A stretch of DNA of 5,913 nucleotides from a virus (IMGVR_UViG_2563366843_000008), one strand, 5' to 3'; counted from the first letter of the stretch, positions 1-5,913 are shown. Numbers and translations: made by a program. Notes: generated from the letters alone by a model not told the origin.

Positions 1-1005
1 GTCGGTCGGGCGAGCGATGATGCGGAAGGTTACCTGGATTTTTTCAAAGGCAAGATAACCGAATCCCATCTCGGCAAGGAGCTGCTGGAAAAAGTCGAGC
101 TGACGGAGGATAACGCCAGCAGACTGGAGGAGTTTTCGAAAGAGTGGAAGGACGCCAACGATAAATGGAATGCCATGTGGGGCGTCAAAATTGAGCAGAC
201 CAAAGACGGCAAACATTATGTCGCGGGGCTTGGCCTCAGCATGGAGGATACGGAGGAAGGCAAACTGAGCCAGTTCCTGGTTGCCGCTAACCGTATCGCG
301 TTTATTGACCCGGCAAACGGGAATGAAACGCCGATGTTTGTGGCGCAGGGCAACCAGATATTCATGAACGAAGTGTTCCTGAAGTATCTGACGGCTCCCA
401 CCATTACCAGCGGCGGTAATCCCCCGGCATTTTCCCTGACACCGGACGGGCGGCTGACGGCGAGAAATGCTGATATCAGCGGTAACGTGAATGCGAACTC
501 CGGGACGCTCAATAATGTCACGGTAAATGAAAACTGTACGATTAAGGGCATGCTGGAGGCGAACCAGGTCAGAGGTGACTTCGTTAAAACTGTATCCAAA
601 TCATTCCCGAAAAAGGCTGGTACGTGGGGTAACACGGAAACACCAAACGGGACGGTTACAGTCACCATTTACGATGATCATAACTTTGACCGCCAAATCA
701 TTATTCCGCCCATTATTTTTAACGGTGTGGCGTATGACGATCCGGGGAGCGGTAATAACCCGGGAGGTACGCGATACACGGGTTATGGTTTTGAAGTTCG
801 CAAAAATGGCGTATTAATCGCATCCAGAGAAACTAAAGGAGCCATTCCCGGTAGTTACAGTGCGGTTATTGATATGCCGAGTGGTGGTGGTAACGTCACT
901 CTGGAGTTTAAGATTTTCCAGAAAGGCAATCAGGGCGCAGGTAACATCACAGACTGTACGGTGATTGTGACCAAAAAAGCTGCTTCCGGTATCAGTATCC
1001 GTTGA
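1..1005 (+). CDS. J: Host specificity protein J-like central tail fibre, C-terminal portion (5'-partial; reading frame open from base 1)
   Basis: Frame 1 is open from position 1 to the TGA at 1003-1005. The translation (…[120 protein letters not shown]…) matches what I recall of the C-terminal third of phage lambda J. The last ~140 residues (from about [14 protein letters not shown]) no longer look like my recollection of lambda J. The ORF-track start at 175 is an internal Met. Confidence 0.88.
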   Translation, partial: VGRASDDAEGYLDFFKGKITESHLGKELLEKVELTEDNASRLEEFSKEWKDANDKWNAMWGVKIEQTKDGKHYVAGLGLSMEDTEEGKLSQFLVAANRIAFIDPANGNETPMFVAQGNQIFMNEVFLKYLTAPTITSGGNPPAFSLTPDGRLTARNADISGNVNANSGTLNNVTVNENCTIKGMLEANQVRGDFVKTVSKSFPKKAGTWGNTETPNGTVTVTIYDDHNFDRQIIIPPIIFNGVAYDDPGSGNNPGGTRYTGYGFEVRKNGVLIASRETKGAIPGSYSAVIDMPSGGGNVTLEFKIFQKGNQGAGNITDCTVIVTKKAASGISIR

Positions 1006-1025
1006 AATATTTATAACCCCAATAC

Positions 1026-1050
1026 GGGCGCCAGAAATGGCGCCTTTTTT
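1026..1050 (+). terminator. Rho-independent terminator-like hairpin between J and stf
   Basis: Perfect palindromic stem GGCGCC (1027-1032) / GGCGCC (1039-1044) with loop AGAAAT, followed directly by a T6 run (1045-1050). Confidence 0.55.
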
Positions 1051-1065
1051 ATTTGTGGAGTAAGT

Positions 1066-3249
1066 ATGGCAGTACAGATTTCAGGTGTGCTGAAAGATGG
1101 TGCGGGAAAACCAATACAGAACTGCACTATTCAACTGAAGGCAAAGCGTAACAGCACCACGGTACTGGTGAACACGGTGGCCTCTGAAAATCCGGATGAA
1201 GCCGGGCGTTACAGCATGGATGTTGAGTATGGCCAGTACAGCGTTATCCTGCTTGTTGAAGGTTTTCCGCCTTCACATGCCGGAACCATTACCGTCTATG
1301 AAGGTTCCAGACCAGGTACGCTGAATGATTTTCTCGGTGCCATGACGGAAGATGATGTCATGCCGGAGGCATTGCGTCGTTTTGAGGAAATGGTGGAAGA
1401 AGCGGCACGCAACGCTGAAGCCGCCTCTCAGAGCGCAGCGGCGGCAAAGAAATCCGAAACTGCAGCGGCATCATCGAAGAACGCGGCGAAAACCTCAGAA
1501 ACGAATGCAGCTAACAGCGCACAGGCGGCAGCGGCCTTGCAGACTGCATCGGCAAACTCCGCAACAGCAGCTAAAAAATCAGAAACCAACGCGAAAAATA
1601 GCGAGACAGCCGCAAAGACGAGCGAAACCAACGCAAAGTCCAGCCAGACGGCAGCGAAGACCAGCGAAACGAATGCCAAAGCCAGTGAAACTGCGGCGAA
1701 AAGCAGTCAGGATGCAGCGGCTCAAAGCGAGAGTGCCGCAGCCAGTTCTGCAAGCGCGGCGGCTGCTTCTGCCACTGCATCAGCTAACAGTCAAAAAGCA
1801 GCAAAAACCAGTGAAACCAACGCAAAGGTGAGCGAAACAGCGGCTGCGAACTCAGCGAAAGCATCGGCAGCAAGCCAGACGGCAGCTAAAGCAAGCGAAG
1901 ATGCAGCCAGAGAGTACGCAAGCCAGGCTGCGGAGCCGTATAAATATGTCTTACAGCCGCTGCCTGATGTGTGGATACCATTTAACGATTCGCTGGATAT
2001 GATTACGGGCTTTTCGCCGTCATATAAAAAAATTGTTATTGGTGACGATGAAATAACGATGCCTGGCGACAAGATTGTTAAGTTTAAACGTGCATCGAAA
2101 GCAACCTATATTAACAAATCTGGTGTGCTGACAGAGGCTGCCATTGACGAGCCACGATTTGAACGTGATGGCCTGCTTATTGAGGGGCAAAGAACAAACT
2201 ACATGCTCAATTCGGAAAACCCTGCCAGTTGGGGGCGATCGTCAAATATGGATGTTCCCGAAACCGGGACGGATAGTTTTGGTTTTACCTATGGAAAGTT
2301 TGTCTGTAACGATTCTCTGATTGGGCAAACCTCAGCCATTAATATGGCATCAATTGCTGCAACAAAGTCAGTTGATGTCTCAGGCGATAATAAATACGTG
2401 ACAACCTCATGTCGTTTTAAAACAGAACTGCAGGTAAGGTTGCGTATCCGGTTTGATAAATATGACGGTAGCGCAACAACTTTTCTTGGTGATGCGTATA
2501 TTGATACACAAACGCTTGAAATTACTATGACAGGCGGTGCTGCCTCAAGGATTACTGCGAGAGTCAGAAAGGACGAAGCTACCGGATGGATTTTTGCAGA
2601 GGCAACAATTCAGGCAATTGATGGGGAGTTAAAAATAGGTTCTCAGATACAGTATTCTCCTAAGCAGGGCGGGGCAACCGTATCTGGTGACTATATTTAT
2701 CTGGCCACCCCACAAGTAGAAAATGGGCCTTGTGTATCATCTTTTATTATATCAGGAACGACGGCGGCGACCCGCGCAAGCGATATAGTTACAGTTCCCA
2801 TTAAGAATAATCTTTATAATCTTCCTTTTACGGTTCTTTGTGAGGTACATAAGAACTGGTATAAAACGCCAAATGCAGCGCCGCGTGTTTTTGACACCGG
2901 CGGTCATCAAACCGGAGCGGCTATTATTCTTGGCTTCGGTCGTTCAACAGATTACGACGGATTTCCTTATTGCGATATTGGAGGAGCTAACAGACGGGTA
3001 AACGAAAACGCATCGCTTGAAAAAATGGTTATGGGGATGCGTGTAAAGTCAGAGCAGTCTACGTGCTCAGTAAGTAACGGGCATATATCCAGCGAAACAA
3101 AAACCACATGGTCCTGTATTCAGAACACCGCAATTATCCGTATTGGAGGCCAGACTACAGCCGGGTTACGTCATTTATTTGGTCATGTCAGGAATTTCAG
3201 AATATGGCACAAGGCATTGACTGATGCTCAGGTGGGGGAGTCAATCTAA
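1066..3249 (+). CDS. stf: Side tail fibre protein: lambda Stf-like N-terminal domain, phage tail-fibre repeats, and a C-terminal concanavalin A-like/LamG-type lectin domain
   Basis: ATG at 1066 follows GGAG at 1056-1059. The N-terminus (MAVQISGVLKDGAGKPIQNCTIQLKAKRNSTTVLVNTVASENPDEAGRYSMDVEYGQYSVILLVEGFPPSHAGTITVYEGSRPGTLNDFLGAMTEDD) closely resembles the lambda Stf N-terminus as I recall it. Residues ~125-275 are low-complexity A/S/T/K/E repeats (…AAKTSETNAKSSQTAAKTSETNAKASET…). The C-terminal ~430 aa are non-lambda and end in …GLRHLFGHVRNFRIWHKALTDAQVGESI, which fits the terminal strand motif of Laminin-G_3/concanavalin A-like domains (G-x-[IV]-x-x-[FV]-R-I-[WY]-x-[KR]-A-L-[ST]-x-x-[EQ]-[IV]). 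Confidence 0.88.
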   Translation: MAVQISGVLKDGAGKPIQNCTIQLKAKRNSTTVLVNTVASENPDEAGRYSMDVEYGQYSVILLVEGFPPSHAGTITVYEGSRPGTLNDFLGAMTEDDVMPEALRRFEEMVEEAARNAEAASQSAAAAKKSETAAASSKNAAKTSETNAANSAQAAAALQTASANSATAAKKSETNAKNSETAAKTSETNAKSSQTAAKTSETNAKASETAAKSSQDAAAQSESAAASSASAAAASATASANSQKAAKTSETNAKVSETAAANSAKASAASQTAAKASEDAAREYASQAAEPYKYVLQPLPDVWIPFNDSLDMITGFSPSYKKIVIGDDEITMPGDKIVKFKRASKATYINKSGVLTEAAIDEPRFERDGLLIEGQRTNYMLNSENPASWGRSSNMDVPETGTDSFGFTYGKFVCNDSLIGQTSAINMASIAATKSVDVSGDNKYVTTSCRFKTELQVRLRIRFDKYDGSATTFLGDAYIDTQTLEITMTGGAASRITARVRKDEATGWIFAEATIQAIDGELKIGSQIQYSPKQGGATVSGDYIYLATPQVENGPCVSSFIISGTTAATRASDIVTVPIKNNLYNLPFTVLCEVHKNWYKTPNAAPRVFDTGGHQTGAAIILGFGRSTDYDGFPYCDIGGANRRVNENASLEKMVMGMRVKSEQSTCSVSNGHISSETKTTWSCIQNTAIIRIGGQTTAGLRHLFGHVRNFRIWHKALTDAQVGESI
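1438..1890 (+). repeat. Degenerate tandem ~42-bp coding repeats (phage tail-fibre repeat region) inside stf
   Basis: Recurring 14-aa units such as AAKTSETNAKSSQT / AAKTSETNAKASET / AAKSSQDAAAQSES correspond to a ~42-nt DNA periodicity. This low-complexity stretch also produces the spurious overlapping ORFs on both strands (1352-1831 +, 1428-1679 -, 1571-1780 -, 1791-2072 -). Confidence 0.7.
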
Positions 3250-3530
3250 TGAAAGATTTAACACTCAAATTTGAAGACAGGGCCGACTTTTCGGCCTTTA
3301 TGGATAGCACTGGCTATTATGATGACGAGTCGATGCAGGATGATATTCTTATTGACGTGATAGGTAACGTGTACAAAGAAACCGGAGAACTGACTGAAGA
3401 TGGCGAACCGGTATGTGTTAAGGAAGACGGATATTTTGTAAGCGTGCGCATCATTAATGATTCGCAAATATCGTCATTATTCGATGAATACGTGGTTGCT
3501 GTTGAGCATCAACTTCGTGGCTGGATGTGA
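3249..3530 (+). CDS. Small acidic hypothetical protein (93 aa), translationally coupled to stf; candidate fibre assembly chaperone or adaptor
   Basis: Its ATG (3249-3251) shares a base with the stf stop TAA (3247-3249), giving a TAATG overlap. A purine-rich SD-like GGGGGAG lies a few nt upstream. The product is strongly acidic (many D/E: MKDLTLKFEDRADFSAFMDSTGYYDDESMQDDILIDVIGNVYKETGELTEDGEPV…). I could not recognise a family by eye. Confidence 0.65.
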   Translation: MKDLTLKFEDRADFSAFMDSTGYYDDESMQDDILIDVIGNVYKETGELTEDGEPVCVKEDGYFVSVRIINDSQISSLFDEYVVAVEHQLRGWM

Positions 3531-3539
3531 GGAAGAAAA

Positions 3540-4580
3540 ATGGCTACATCGACAGTAATTCCTGATGACATCAAAACGCTAAAATCCGACGTTAGCAAAT
3601 TAAAAAACGATCAAGGAAGCTACGCAACAAAATTATATGTAGACAGCAAAGATGAAATCGTTGGTGACTGGTCTGCTTCATGGTATCAGCAGGTATTGCC
3701 AACTAGCGGAGCTATATTTGGGAGAAAACTCCGCTCAACTCACAGGACGGCAGGTGTTGAGGATGCGTATTGCGAACTATACCTCAAAAAATGGATAGAC
3801 AGTCCAGGTAACGCAATGGCGCGCCTTAACCTGAACGATAACGGGACAAACATTTGCTGGGACTTTACCAACCTTTATGGCGGTACGATGATTTTTCCCG
3901 GTGACAGCGGATACCTCAAAATGGGTAACTGCCTTATGTCATACAGCAAGCGTGGAAGTAACGCGCTTATTAAATTTGATTACACCGACACATTACAGAT
4001 CAAATATGCCAATCATGGGTCAACCATGACATTAAACACACAGGGAACCGCTTATGCTGGTGTTACTGCTCAATTGTGGGGCAACACCAGCCGTCCTGTT
4101 GTTTATGAAGTCGGTGTTGATGGTGGCGCTTATATGTTCTATGCGCAGAAAAATACCGATAACACCTATATGTTAAGCGTTAATGGTGCATGTCATGCCA
4201 CCGCATTTAACCAGCATTCCGACCGGGATCTGAAAGACAACATTCAGGTGATCGATAATGCAACCGACCGCATCCGTAAAATGAACGGCTATACATACAC
4301 GCTTAAAGAAAACGGTATGCCCTATGCTGGTGTCATTGCACAGGAAGCTCTGGAAGCAATCCCAGAAGTTGTAGGTTCCGCAATGAAATATCAGGACGGT
4401 GCAAGCGGATCGGAAGGTGAAGAAGGTGAACGTTATTACACAGTAGATTATTCTGGTGTTACTGGCTTGCTTGTTCAGGTAGCCAGAGAGTCAGACGACA
4501 GAATAACAGCACTGGAAGAAGAAAACGCAGAATTAAGACAAAGATTATCTGCAATTGAGGCGGCGCTTGCGTCTAAATAA
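3540..4580 (+). CDS. Tail fibre/tailspike-like protein (346 aa) with C-terminal intramolecular chaperone auto-processing domain (peptidase S74-like)
   Basis: SD GAGGA (3529-3533) sits 6 nt before the ATG at 3540. The C-terminal region contains …ACHATAFNQH-S227-DRDL-K232-DNIQVIDNATDRIRKMNGYTYTL…GVIAQEALEAIPEVV… and ends in a heptad-like helix (RITALEEENAELRQRLSAIEAALASK). The S-x4-K spacing, with Ser codon TCC at 4218-4220 and Lys codon AAA at 4233-4235, matches the catalytic Ser/Lys dyad of endosialidase-type intramolecular chaperone domains (K1F endoNF, T5 pb1). The stop codon is TAA at 4578-4580. Confidence 0.8.
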   Translation: MATSTVIPDDIKTLKSDVSKLKNDQGSYATKLYVDSKDEIVGDWSASWYQQVLPTSGAIFGRKLRSTHRTAGVEDAYCELYLKKWIDSPGNAMARLNLNDNGTNICWDFTNLYGGTMIFPGDSGYLKMGNCLMSYSKRGSNALIKFDYTDTLQIKYANHGSTMTLNTQGTAYAGVTAQLWGNTSRPVVYEVGVDGGAYMFYAQKNTDNTYMLSVNGACHATAFNQHSDRDLKDNIQVIDNATDRIRKMNGYTYTLKENGMPYAGVIAQEALEAIPEVVGSAMKYQDGASGSEGEEGERYYTVDYSGVTGLLVQVARESDDRITALEEENAELRQRLSAIEAALASK

Positions 4581-4586
4581 TATTAA

Positions 4587-4609
4587 GGGGCCGAGCGCCC
4601 CGTTTTATT
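4587..4609 (+). terminator. Rho-independent terminator closing the stf-orf93-orf346 unit
   Basis: GC stem GGGGC (4587-4591) / GCCCC (4597-4601) with loop CGAGC, then GTTTTATT; it begins 7 nt after the orf346 stop. Confidence 0.65.
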
Positions 4610-4622
4610 GGGTAGGATGAAA

Positions 4623-4916
4623 ATGGATATAACACCTTTCCTTCATGCGCTTTGTGCTGTGGCTGCGCAGGTACTGGTTGGTCTTTTTACCGGGAACTGG
4701 GCTTACGGAGCGATAGCCGGTTGTACGTTCTTCATTGCGCGTGAACACACCCAGGCAGAATATCGCTGGATTGAAATGTTCGGGCATGGCAAGCGTATGA
4801 ATATGCCGTGGTGGGGTGGTTTTGATCCGCGCGTGTGGGATATGGCAAGCCTGGTGGATTTTGCTGTGCCGGTGGTGGCGTGTCTGCTGATCTGGCTGTT
4901 GGTTAATCACGGGTGA
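4623..4916 (+). CDS. Small hydrophobic protein (~97 aa), predicted inner-membrane protein with 2-3 transmembrane segments; function unknown
   Basis: The ORF is open from 4608 (TTG) to the TGA at 4914-4916. In-frame ATGs lie at 4617 and 4623, and AGGA at 4614-4617 gives a 5-nt spacer to the ATG at 4623. Hydrophobic stretches FLHALCAVAAQVLVGLFTG, AYGAIAGCTFFIA and LVDFAVPVVACLLIWLLV are separated by a charged/aromatic loop (REHTQAEYRWIEMFGHGKRMNMPWWGGFDPRVWD). The exact start is uncertain. Confidence 0.55.
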   Translation: MDITPFLHALCAVAAQVLVGLFTGNWAYGAIAGCTFFIAREHTQAEYRWIEMFGHGKRMNMPWWGGFDPRVWDMASLVDFAVPVVACLLIWLLVNHG

Positions 4917-5072
4917 AAAAGGTGAGCTGTAAATGTCGGAGGAAGAACCATCATTGTTGGCGTGGAAGAAGTATTTGTGTTGTTGAATCATGGTCAGCGG
5001 GAGATGAAGGAAGAACTGAATAACTTGGAGGATTTGAAGTCGATACGAATGTTAAGTATTGAATAATGAATA

Positions 5073-5094
5073 AACCGCGATGAGCGGTTTTTTT
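5073..5094 (+). terminator. Rho-independent terminator (+ strand)
   Basis: Stem AACCGC (5073-5078) / GCGGTT (5084-5089), loop GATGA, followed by a T7 run (through 5094). Confidence 0.6.
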
Positions 5095-5108
5095 GTACCT
5101 GAAAAATG

Positions 5109-5138
5109 AAAGCCCGGCTGCGTCAACAGTCGGGCTTT
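5109..5138. terminator. Bidirectional intrinsic terminator-like hairpin
   Basis: A 12-bp stem AAAGCCCGGCTG (5109-5120) / CAGTCGGGCTTT (5127-5138, with one G-U pair) and loop CGTCAA. It is flanked by an A-run upstream and a T-run downstream, so either strand reads hairpin plus U-tract. It could terminate the convergent minus-strand gene and any + strand read-through. Confidence 0.5.
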
Positions 5139-5349
5139 TAGCTTTTGATAATTGCGAGTTCTAATATGGAGGTCTTCCGTGTTCAATTTTAGCGGAGGAG
5201 ACTGGATAGTGAAAGCCCTAAAATTACTGGCAAGAAGCCGAAGATTACGCCAGATTTATTATTCCACATTAGTTGCTGCGCTGATATATGCCCTGATACG
5301 TTCCCCCCGTATTGGTTGAGTTGGTAAAACTATACGGGAATTAATAAAA

Positions 5350-5913
5350 TCAGAGTCGCATCAATCGTTCCACCAGTTGTTCTTTACGGGCAACGATCCA
5401 GCCGTGTTGCTCCAGATAAAATTTAAACCGCTCCAGAGTGCATACCATCGCATCGGCGGGGACTTTTTCCGTGAACTCGACCTGACCGTGTTTATCGAAG
5501 TGGATCAGTAATGTGCATCCATTATTTTCGTTGAGGGAGTTTTGTGCTGCTGGTGGTTGTTTTTGGCTGAAATAACAGTCTTCGAGTTTTTCGAACACTT
5601 CCCACGCCTGATCGGTTTCGAGCATTTTTGCGTGGCGAGCTGCCCCGCGTTCTGTCCATAGGATGAGGGAGCGGGCTTTGGGAGATATGGGGTTTTGTGA
5701 CTTACTTAAAGTAAGTCGCAAATTTTTTAATTCTTCACCCGATGCTTTAAAAAAGTGCTTTCCTTCGACAAAACGCTCTTTGTTTCTGGTGAAGTTAACC
5801 TGGATATTCTGAATTTCGGTGCCATAAAGCTGCGCCAAAAGTTCAGTGGTAATAACAGGAATCTGGTTATGGGTGATCGGGGAGAGAGTTTCAACAGAGA
5901 TTTGAGTGGCCAT
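5350..5913 (-). CDS. ORF6N-domain (KilAC/antirepressor-like) DNA-binding protein; start lies at the window edge and may be 5'-truncated
   Basis: The minus-strand ORF ends at a TGA (reverse complement of 5350-5352). The N-terminal ~100 aa (…IPVITTELLAQLYGTEIQNIQVNFTRNKERFVEGKHFFKASGEELKNLRLT…ARSLILWTERGAARHAKMLETDQAWEVFEKL…) follow the ORF6N pattern as I recall it (LA-LYG-E…RN-ERF-E…F…EEL … TE-G-A…L…A--V). The C-terminal ~80 aa are unrecognised. The Met codon is the reverse complement of the last three bases of the window. Confidence 0.7.
   Translation of the reverse strand: MATQISVETLSPITHNQIPVITTELLAQLYGTEIQNIQVNFTRNKERFVEGKHFFKASGEELKNLRLTLSKSQNPISPKARSLILWTERGAARHAKMLETDQAWEVFEKLEDCYFSQKQPPAAQNSLNENNGCTLLIHFDKHGQVEFTEKVPADAMVCTLERFKFYLEQHGWIVARKEQLVERLMRL

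Noticed and set aside
30-817. ORFs 30-212 (-), 216-668 (-) and 527-817 (+) overlapping the J coding region
   Set aside because: They sit in alternative frames of a sequence whose frame-1 translation matches the lambda J C-terminus. They have no RBS and their composition is not protein-like.
1352-2072. Overlapping ORFs on both strands (1352-1831 +, 1428-1679 -, 1571-1780 -, 1791-2072 -) inside the stf repeat region
   Set aside because: They are artefacts of the low-complexity, GC-rich Ala/Ser/Thr repeat DNA. Their translations are Arg/Gln/Pro-rich or Ala/Phe-rich nonsense and they lie wholly inside the well-supported stf frame.
3258-3467. Minus-strand 69-aa ORF opposite orf93
   Set aside because: The + strand ORF has a translationally coupled start and SD and sits in operon context; the antisense ORF has neither and is most likely a chance open frame in AT-rich DNA.
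4555-4583. Possible sigma70 promoter (TTGAGG, 17 nt spacer, TAATAT) that could drive the small membrane protein gene
   Set aside because: It matches consensus only 4/6 + 4/6, lies inside the orf346 coding 3' end, and its transcript would begin within the terminator hairpin. It cannot be distinguished from chance in AT-rich sequence without transcript mapping.
1900-4600. Invertible tail-fibre segment (Gin/Pin/Min-type host-range switch)
   Set aside because: There is no recombinase/invertase gene in the window, no alternative fibre C-terminal ORFs on the opposite strand, and I found no obvious long inverted crossover repeats flanking the fibre 3' region.
4605-4991. Minus-strand 128-aa ORF overlapping the small membrane protein gene
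   Set aside because: Its translation is His/Pro/Ser/Thr-rich and looks like the antisense of a hydrophobic-protein gene. The + strand ORF has an SD and coherent transmembrane helices.
5004-5066. 20-codon ORF (MKEELNNLEDLKSIRMLSIE) just upstream of the terminator at 5073-5094
   Set aside because: The only SD-like motif (GGGAG) abuts the ATG with no spacer. It might be a leader peptide, but the support is too weak to call.
4917-5349. tRNA gene, attachment site or CRISPR array in the long intergenic region
   Set aside because: No cloverleaf-compatible sequence with a T-loop (GTTCGAATC-like) motif and no regularly spaced direct repeats were seen. The hairpins are better explained as intrinsic terminators.

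Overview
The window reads as the distal tail-fibre region of a lambdoid (lambda-like) prophage, with all tail genes on the + strand. It holds the 3' end of a host-specificity protein J homologue (1-1005), then, with no lom gene between, a 727-aa side tail fibre (1066-3249) that combines a lambda Stf-like N-terminus and Ala/Ser/Thr fibre repeats with a non-lambda lectin-like C-terminal domain. Two tightly coupled downstream genes follow: a 93-aa acidic protein (3249-3530) and a 346-aa fibre-like protein (3540-4580) whose C-terminus carries the self-cleaving intramolecular-chaperone motif (HSDRDLK). An intrinsic terminator closes this three-gene unit. After it come a small predicted membrane protein (about 4623-4916), a 430-bp intergenic region with two hairpin terminators and short SD-preceded ORFs, and a convergent minus-strand ORF6N-domain (antirepressor-like) gene (5350-5913). 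The most interesting element is the unusual three-gene receptor-binding module (mosaic Stf, small acidic protein, anchor-less fibre protein). No rRNA, tRNA, CRISPR array or transposase was seen. All homology statements rest on motif recognition by eye and recalled family knowledge, not on database searches.
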